Sequence record: SRR20825019_2975
Length of the DNA stretch: 33,723 nt
Reading direction: 5' to 3' (one strand)
Every line of letters starts with the position of its first letter. The stretch's first letter is position 1. The translations under genes and the position numbers were made by a program. This document shows positions 27,816 through 33,723 of this stretch, piece after piece. The notes beneath the pieces were generated by a model. That model ran no database searches. It had not been told where the DNA came from and saw only the letters and a list, made by a program, of their open reading frames with translations.

Positions 27816-28975
27816 ATTTTTTCTATTAAAGCAATAAAGCTTTTTAATTGCTTCTTAAAATTAAAAGCAAGTATCGATTTTTCCTGAACAATTTCAGCTG
27901 GAAAACTTCCTATTGTTTCTTCTGAAACGGTATCAATAAACTGTTGTAATGCATTAAAGTCATTAACAGGAATATTCCATCCTAAAGTTTCTTTTTTCAC
28001 AATATTACCACCTTCTCCCCCTGCAAAATAAAGCACTGGAAGGCCTAAACGCGTATATTCAAATATTTTTGAAGGAACGGATCCATAAATCCTTTTTAAC
28101 AACGGAATAAAGGCAATATCATAGTTATATAATTCATTATGAAGAGAATCTCGCTCCAATTCTCCATAAAAGAAAATCTGCTCCTTTTGCAATGACTTTA
28201 GTTTGTCAGCCTCTGGGCCTGCTCCATAAATATGAAGACTCACGTTTTTTGGAAATGAGAGTTTTTGACATACTTGATAAACCCCTTGCGCAACACCTAA
28301 CAAGCCAGCATAAACGATTTTTATTTCACCTGAAGCTTTTTTTTGTTTTGCGATAGAAACTTTAAAGTTTGGAATATTTCGATACAAAAAAGTAGGTTTC
28401 TCTTTTTCAAAAATAGAAACATGTTGAAGTATTTCTGCAGATTGTCCTACAATTAAATCTGCATATTTATAACAGAAACGCTCCATTTTAAGCAAAAGTG
28501 AATAATACCAACCTTTGTTTAAAATTTCCATTTCTAAGCCCGCTAAAGGCCATAAATCTGAAATATTCAGTATTATTTTTTTTGAAAACAACTTTCCTAA
28601 AAAGACAGCGGTAAAACCTACAAAAACAGGGGAATATTGAATAAAAATCTTTTTTGGAGTTTTTGTAAATAGAAAGAACAATACCAAACTAAAAGAAAAA
28701 GAAAGCATTGAAAATAATCGTACAAATTTATTAGCAGAATTGCTTGGCCAAATCCATAATCTAGTTATTTCCCCAAAGCTAGTTTTTTCTGAAGTGATCG
28801 TTTTTCCTTTATAACCATTAAAAATTTTTCCAGTTGGATAATTTGGCAATGGACAAACAACTTTTACGTTATAACCTTCCGTTTCCAAACCTTCAGCAAG
28901 ACTGAACATTCTATTAGATGCAGCGCCTTTTTCTGGGGGAAAATAATTAGTGATGAGAAGAATTTCTTTTTGCAC
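27812..28975 (-). CDS. Glycosyltransferase family 4 (WbuB-like)
   Basis: TNYFPPEKGAA, PLPNYPTG, DLWP, YAGLLGVAQG, PSKIFEY. GTG start; its stop overlaps the convergent WcaJ-like stop. Confidence 0.88.
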   Translation of the reverse strand: MQKEILLITNYFPPEKGAASNRMFSLAEGLETEGYNVKVVCPLPNYPTGKIFNGYKGKTITSEKTSFGEITRLWIWPSNSANKFVRLFSMLSFSFSLVLFFLFTKTPKKIFIQYSPVFVGFTAVFLGKLFSKKIILNISDLWPLAGLEMEILNKGWYYSLLLKMERFCYKYADLIVGQSAEILQHVSIFEKEKPTFLYRNIPNFKVSIAKQKKASGEIKIVYAGLLGVAQGVYQVCQKLSFPKNVSLHIYGAGPEADKLKSLQKEQIFFYGELERDSLHNELYNYDIAFIPLLKRIYGSVPSKIFEYTRLGLPVLYFAGGEGGNIVKKETLGWNIPVNDFNALQQFIDTVSEETIGSFPAEIVQEKSILAFNFKKQLKSFIALIEKI

Positions 28976-28987
28976 GGAAAAATATGA

Positions 28988-30298
28988 TTATGATTCAACC
29001 AACGAAACAAACTGCTTCAATTTACCACTTGCAGTTCTGTCTAAGTGTTCTTTTCTATTAAAATTAAATTGAATTCCACTTTCTAAAAATTGCTCAAGTG
29101 TTTTTGTAATCGAGCTTATTTTTTCAATCGTTAAAGGATTATCACTTACATAATTGATTTCAAAAGTATCAATCTTTGTTTGGATAACTTTAAATTCTTT
29201 AATGTTTCCGTTTTCATCCATTATTTTTTTTGCAATAACATAAAAGGTCATTCCAGCAGCTTTTTTACCGCTAGGAAGTAAGGCAAAATCATTAGTCCTT
29301 CCCAAAAGATTTTTTAGAATGGGTTTTTTTAAAGTGCTTTTTTCACTTAAAGCACCATAATCTCCAATTTCATAACGGATAAACGGATGCGCTTTGTTGT
29401 GAAGCGAAGTAATTACAATTTTACCTTCCACGCCCAATGGAACTGGAGTGTCATTTTCATCCAAAATTTCAACAAATAATGTTTTGGAATCCACTTCCCA
29501 TTCACCGTCTAGATTGGTAAAAGCAAGTACTCCTGCTTCCGCACAGCCGTATTCATTAACTACAGCAACTCCAAGTTGTTTTTCGAGTAGCATTTTATCA
29601 GCTTCAAAAAGCATTTCAGAAGTTACAATACAAACTTTTAGCGTAGGGCAAATTTCTTTTAAAATGATGTTGTTTTCTTTTAAATATTTTGCAAAAAGCA
29701 CAATGCTGCTGGTGTATCCGTTTATATAATCAAAAGGTTTGTTTTTATATACTTCCAACATATTTTTCAATGCTTTTTCCGAAAAATCTGTTATGGAAAA
29801 CCGATACCGTTTTGCCAACCAATCTTTTAGTCGAACAGTTTTATTTTCTATAAAATCTAGCGGAATTCCATAATAACGCGCCTGAAATGATTTATTAAAA
29901 TCAATGCCATGCCACCCAAAACGCTCCATATGGTAGGCCCACGTTATAGCATGACTGTATTTATCTTTTGCAAAACGAATTGGGTGGCCACTGGAACCCG
30001 AAGTTTTGTTGATATATACATTTTTTTCTAAAAACCCATCAGACAAGCGTTGCTTTAACGGAATTTGAAAATCCTCTTTTTGCAGAATAGGAAGCGATTG
30101 CCAAGTAGAAAAACCATTTTTGGCTTTAGTACGATAAAAAGGATTGTTTTTTAAATGATAATTTACAATTTCTTCTTTTTTTCGCTTCAAAAAAGCGTCG
30201 TAATTAGCCTCTTCAATTGCAGAAATTTTTTGCAATTCTTCCTTTGCACTCTTTATAGGAAAGCGTTTTAGATAAAGAGAAAGGTTGAAAATTTTCAA
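28988..30298 (-). CDS. Phenylacetate-CoA ligase / CapK-like adenylate-forming enzyme
   Basis: TSGSSG P-loop, GYTSS, TSEML, NEYGCAE, PFIRYEIGD, GRTND, ASGKLK. TTG start. Confidence 0.85.
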   Translation of the reverse strand: MKIFNLSLYLKRFPIKSAKEELQKISAIEEANYDAFLKRKKEEIVNYHLKNNPFYRTKAKNGFSTWQSLPILQKEDFQIPLKQRLSDGFLEKNVYINKTSGSSGHPIRFAKDKYSHAITWAYHMERFGWHGIDFNKSFQARYYGIPLDFIENKTVRLKDWLAKRYRFSITDFSEKALKNMLEVYKNKPFDYINGYTSSIVLFAKYLKENNIILKEICPTLKVCIVTSEMLFEADKMLLEKQLGVAVVNEYGCAEAGVLAFTNLDGEWEVDSKTLFVEILDENDTPVPLGVEGKIVITSLHNKAHPFIRYEIGDYGALSEKSTLKKPILKNLLGRTNDFALLPSGKKAAGMTFYVIAKKIMDENGNIKEFKVIQTKIDTFEINYVSDNPLTIEKISSITKTLEQFLESGIQFNFNRKEHLDRTASGKLKQFVSLVES

Positions 30299-30381
30299 AG
30301 CTTTTTTGATTTTAAAGTAAAAGATTTTTTTCTAAAGCTAAATTCACTTTAAATAAATTAGCGGTTCAAGGTACAAACATT

Positions 30382-30389
30382 TATTTTTG
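30382..30389 (+). promoter_or_regulatory. Promoter -7 box (TAnnTTTG) for purD
   Basis: TATTTTTG 24 nt upstream of ATG 30414. The ORF-track TTG at 30387 lies inside it. Confidence 0.6.
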
Positions 30390-30413
30390 ACACCGAAACA
30401 AAACAGTTCAATT

Positions 30414-31685
30414 ATGAATATTCTTATCCTTGGTTCCGGTGGTCGCGAACATACATTTGCATATAAAATCGTACAAAGTAATCGTTGTGAAAAACTCTTT
30501 GTAGCACCTGGGAATGCAGGCACAGCTTCAATTGCAACAAATGTTGATATTAATATAACTGATTTTGAGGAAGTAAAAAAATGTGTGCTTGAAAATACTA
30601 TTGAAATGGTAATAGTAGGGCCAGAAGATCCTTTGGTGCATGGTATTGCAGATTATTTTGCGGAAACTGAAGCTTTAAAAAATGTAATGCTCATTGGTCC
30701 TTCAAAACGCGGTGCATTGCTGGAAGGCAGTAAACAACGCGCAAAGGAGTTTATGATGCAACACAGCATTCCAACAGCGGCTTATGAAAGTTTTACTGCA
30801 GAATCCTTGGAAGCTGGAAAAGCATTTTTGGAAAAACTAAACCCTCCGTATGTGTTGAAAGCAGATGGATTGGCGGCAGGAAAAGGCGTTTTAATTTTAA
30901 ATAATTTAGAGGAAGCAAAGCAGGAATTAGAAAATATGCTTGCACATAGTAAGTTTGGTGAAGCGAGCTCTAAAGTTGTTATTGAAGAATTTTTAGACGG
31001 GATTGAACTCAGCGTTTTTGTGCTTACCGATGGAAAAAACTATAAAATTCTTCCTACTGCAAAAGATTATAAACGTATTGGTGAAGGCGATACAGGCTTA
31101 AACACAGGTGGAATGGGTGCTATTTCTCCAGTTCCTTTTGCCGATGCTGTTTTAATGAAAAAAATTGAAGACCGAATCGTTAAGCCAACAGTGAATGGGC
31201 TTTCCAAAGAAAATATTGATTACAAAGGGTTTGTTTTTATAGGCTTAATTAAAGTTGGCGACGAGCCTCTTGTAATTGAATATAATGTGCGTATGGGCGA
31301 TCCTGAAACCGAAGTTGTATTACCACGAATACAATCTGATTTGGTAAGCCTATTTGAAGCAACTTTTAAGCAAAAGCTAGATACGTTACAGATTGATATT
31401 GATGAAAGAGCCGCAACAACTGTTATGCTTGTATCGGGTGGATATCCAGAAGGGTATGAAAAAGGGAAAGAAATTTCAGGAATTGAAAATGTGAAAGATT
31501 CAATCGTTTTTCACGCGGGGACAAAACTTGAAAACGGTAAAATAGTTACTAATGGCGGGCGCGTTTTGGCAGTAACCTCATTGGATGCTGACTACAAAAA
31601 GGCGCTAAAAAAATCCTATCAAAACATAGATAAACTATCTTTTGACAGGATGCAGTATCGTTCAGATATTGGTTTTGACCTTTAA
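30414..31685 (+). CDS. purD: Phosphoribosylamine--glycine ligase
   Basis: ILGSGGREH, APGNAG, VGPE, LEGSK, KADGLAAGKGV, GPNTGGMG-like GLNTGGMGA, EYNVRMGDPETE, FHAGT, TNGGRVL, YRSDIG. Confidence 0.98.
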   Translation: MNILILGSGGREHTFAYKIVQSNRCEKLFVAPGNAGTASIATNVDINITDFEEVKKCVLENTIEMVIVGPEDPLVHGIADYFAETEALKNVMLIGPSKRGALLEGSKQRAKEFMMQHSIPTAAYESFTAESLEAGKAFLEKLNPPYVLKADGLAAGKGVLILNNLEEAKQELENMLAHSKFGEASSKVVIEEFLDGIELSVFVLTDGKNYKILPTAKDYKRIGEGDTGLNTGGMGAISPVPFADAVLMKKIEDRIVKPTVNGLSKENIDYKGFVFIGLIKVGDEPLVIEYNVRMGDPETEVVLPRIQSDLVSLFEATFKQKLDTLQIDIDERAATTVMLVSGGYPEGYEKGKEISGIENVKDSIVFHAGTKLENGKIVTNGGRVLAVTSLDADYKKALKKSYQNIDKLSFDRMQYRSDIGFDL

Positions 31686-31690
31686 AAAGA

Positions 31691-31918
31691 TCAAGGAGTA
31701 TCTTTGTATGTATAGGTAACTTCAGTGTTCTCATTGAAGTCCTTCAACTTGATCAACCAATACACAAAAGCAACAGAACCAATAAGTAAAAACACCCATG
31801 AAATACTGTTTGCTAGGTACCAACTGTCAAATTGGATTTCAGTTAGCCAATCGTAAGGCTTAAATAGAACTATTTCAAAAAGAGAAGCGATTCCTTCCCA
31901 AATACCTTTCCAAGTCAT
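31691..31918 (-). CDS. Small conserved membrane protein (DUF6341-like)
   Basis: MTWKGIWEGIASLFEIVLFKPYDWL...WYLANSISWVFLLIG..FVYW with one TM segment. ATG 31918 lies downstream of a minus-strand promoter box. Confidence 0.65.
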   Translation of the reverse strand: MTWKGIWEGIASLFEIVLFKPYDWLTEIQFDSWYLANSISWVFLLIGSVAFVYWLIKLKDFNENTEVTYTYKDTP

Positions 31919-31937
31919 ATCTTTAATCTTTAGACCG

Positions 31938-31945
31938 CAAAAATA
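31938..31945 (-). promoter_or_regulatory. Promoter -7 box (TAnnTTTG) for the small minus-strand gene
   Basis: CAAAAATA on + reads TATTTTTG on -, 19 nt upstream of ATG 31918. Confidence 0.55.
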
Positions 31946-31959
31946 TAAAATTACCCTAT

Positions 31960-32910
31960 ATGCTAACAAGATTTTTCGGAAAATCTAACCCAATAAACTA
32001 TTTAATCCTTGGGGCTTTTATATTTGCAGGTTATTTGGTGATGATACTGCAAACGCCACTAGTTGTTAGTCCATACCAGATTTTTTTGCACTTCACCTTT
32101 ATAATTCTTTCTGTATTAAGTATGTGGCTGTTGGATTTTATTATCCGAAAAAATAGTTTAACCAAAAACAACACCTATGCAATCCTGTTTTTTACGTGTT
32201 TTATGGCTATGCTTCCTGTTATTTTTTTGCAGCCTAAAATACTTTTAGCGAATGCTTTTTTAATACTTGCATTACGCAGAATTATGAGTTTGCAAAGTGA
32301 TAAGAATTCAACAAAAAAAATTCTAGATGCTAGTATTTGGATTTCCCTAGCCTCTCTTTTTTACTTTTGGAGCCTTTTGTTTTTTGTACCCCTTTGGATT
32401 GCTATTATCCGAAAACCGAATACAGATTACAAACAAATGTTGATGCCTTTTATAGGTTTTTTAGCCATTTTTAGCATAACAACGGCGTATCATTTGCTTG
32501 TTAATGATTCAATAGAATGGATTTTTAACTGGAAAGAAACAATAAGCTTTGACTTTTCAAAATACAATTCCTTAGCAGTATTAGTGCCTGTTACAGTAAT
32601 ACTTGCCTTTTATGTTTGGACGGGAATGTTCCGAATTTTAAAGCTTTCCGCAGTTTTCATGAAAATGAAATCGAATTACCTCTTGCTTTTATACGTTAGC
32701 ATTAGCTGCTTTTTTATTGCGCTAGCAGGACCAGAAAAAACAGGAGCCGAATTACTTTTTATCTTAGCTCCAGTTTCAATAATTGCTGCTAATTATATTG
32801 AAAAATTTGAAACCGAACGTTATTATGAAGTCGATGCGGTTGAGTTTTGGTTTAAAGAGGCCCTACTGTGGTTGGTTGTAATTTTACCTTTTGTCTTTTT
32901 GTTTTTATAA
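31960..32910 (+). CDS. Polytopic membrane protein (DUF6427-like)
   Basis: MLTRFFGKSNPINY, DFIIRKNSLTKNNTY, LALRRIMSL, KKILDA; about 9 TM segments. Confidence 0.65.
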   Translation: MLTRFFGKSNPINYLILGAFIFAGYLVMILQTPLVVSPYQIFLHFTFIILSVLSMWLLDFIIRKNSLTKNNTYAILFFTCFMAMLPVIFLQPKILLANAFLILALRRIMSLQSDKNSTKKILDASIWISLASLFYFWSLLFFVPLWIAIIRKPNTDYKQMLMPFIGFLAIFSITTAYHLLVNDSIEWIFNWKETISFDFSKYNSLAVLVPVTVILAFYVWTGMFRILKLSAVFMKMKSNYLLLLYVSISCFFIALAGPEKTGAELLFILAPVSIIAANYIEKFETERYYEVDAVEFWFKEALLWLVVILPFVFLFL

Positions 32911-33026
32911 ATCCATTCAAAATCTTTAAAACCACCATCATTCCTAACAGTTGTTGCACTCTTTTTATTCAACGGCCATCTATAGCTAGCCAAGGGTCAT
33001 TTATTAAATACTATTACAAAATATGA

Positions 33027-33034
33027 TACCTTTG
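33027..33034 (+). promoter_or_regulatory. Promoter -7 box (TAnnTTTG) upstream of the DUF4254-like gene
   Basis: TACCTTTG in the 249-nt intergenic region. Confidence 0.5.
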
Positions 33035-33159
33035 TAGCAAAGTGGAAATCTTGACTGCGAAATTTCAATAAAACAACTGTCGCTTTTCAAGAAAAACCTT
33101 TAAAAGTTTTGAAAAATTGATTGAAAACACAACTAAATAATAACTCTAAAGACTTTACA

Positions 33160-33723
33160 ATGTTTAGCGATAAAGCCAATAAAATTTTTGCAGAAGTAAT
33201 TGATACCTACCACCTAATTAACACCGTGGACCAATCTTTTAGTAATCCGTATAATAAAGACAGCGATTTAATTGAGCACCTTCTTTATAGAAAATGTTGG
33301 ATAGATACCGTGCAATGGCATTATGAAGATATAATTCGCGACCCTAATATAGACCCTGTAGCTGCTTTAAAGTTAAAGCGTCAAATTGATGCTTCAAACC
33401 AAGATAGAACAGATATGGTTGAATATATAGACAGCTATTTTCTAGAAAAATTTAAGGATGTAGCTGTAAATGCTAACGCAACAATCAACACTGAAAGTCC
33501 TGCATGGGGCGTGGATCGTCTTTCTATTTTGGCTTTAAAAGTGTACCATATGAATGAGGAAGCAACACGTACAGACGCTTCACAGGAACACCAAATAGCG
33601 TGTAAAGCAAAGCTGAATGTGCTTTTGGAACAACGTGTAGATTTAAGTACTGCTATAAACCAATTGCTGGACGATATTGCTCACGGCAGAAAATACATGA
33701 AAGTCTATAAGCAGATGAAAATG
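33160..33723 (+). CDS. DUF4254-like protein, 3'-truncated by the window edge (absent from the ORF track)
   Basis: Translated by hand from ATG 33160 and open to the end: MFSDKANKIFAEVIDTYH...KCWIDTVQWHYEDIIRDP...KRQIDASNQDRTD...NTESPAWGVDRLSILALK...KYMKVYKQMKM. Confidence 0.8.
   Translation, partial: MFSDKANKIFAEVIDTYHLINTVDQSFSNPYNKDSDLIEHLLYRKCWIDTVQWHYEDIIRDPNIDPVAALKLKRQIDASNQDRTDMVEYIDSYFLEKFKDVAVNANATINTESPAWGVDRLSILALKVYHMNEEATRTDASQEHQIACKAKLNVLLEQRVDLSTAINQLLDDIAHGRKYMKVYKQMKM

Noticed and set aside
17-31734. Short antisense ORFs in the track (for example 17..256, 553..765, 4977..5204, 9459..9722, 24464..24745, 29448..29729, 31549..31734)
   Set aside because: They lie opposite well-supported genes and show no recognisable motifs; they are typical shadow ORFs.
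31919-31969. Extended start for the small minus-strand gene
   Set aside because: It would overlap the divergent gene and run through the gene's own promoter box; ATG 31918 is more plausible.
1-33723. CRISPR arrays, tRNA/rRNA genes, integrases or prophage genes
   Set aside because: None seen. Intergenic gaps are short (at most about 250 nt) and lack regularly spaced repeats or cloverleaf signatures.

Overview
AT-rich chromosomal segment from a Bacteroidota bacterium, most likely Flavobacteriaceae (inferred from TAnnTTTG -7 promoter boxes and the gene families present). Most of the window (about 2.8-30.3 kb) is a Wzx/Wzy-type surface-polysaccharide locus. It encodes the dTDP-L-rhamnose pathway (rfbB, rfbA, rfbC, rfbD, with a DinJ/YafQ-like toxin-antitoxin pair between rfbB and rfbA), a Wzz-like protein, wecB/wecC (UDP-ManNAcA), a flippase, four Wzy/WaaL-like membrane proteins, GT4 and WecG/TagA glycosyltransferases, a hexapeptide acetyltransferase, ugd, UDP-GlcA decarboxylase, a WcaJ-like initiating transferase, and a minus-strand GT4 plus CapK-like adenylating enzyme. 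The flanks carry a GH3-family gene and a conserved hypothetical gene on the left, and purD plus three DUF-type genes on the right. The best candidate for an undescribed system is a four-gene extracytoplasmic glycan-tailoring cassette at 10.2-15.2 kb: an MBOAT acyltransferase, an SGNH protein, a lipoprotein with a D-glucuronyl C5-epimerase-like domain and a discoidin-like domain, and a small lipoprotein that resembles the C-terminal domain of the SGNH protein. All family calls come from motif recognition by eye; no searches were run.
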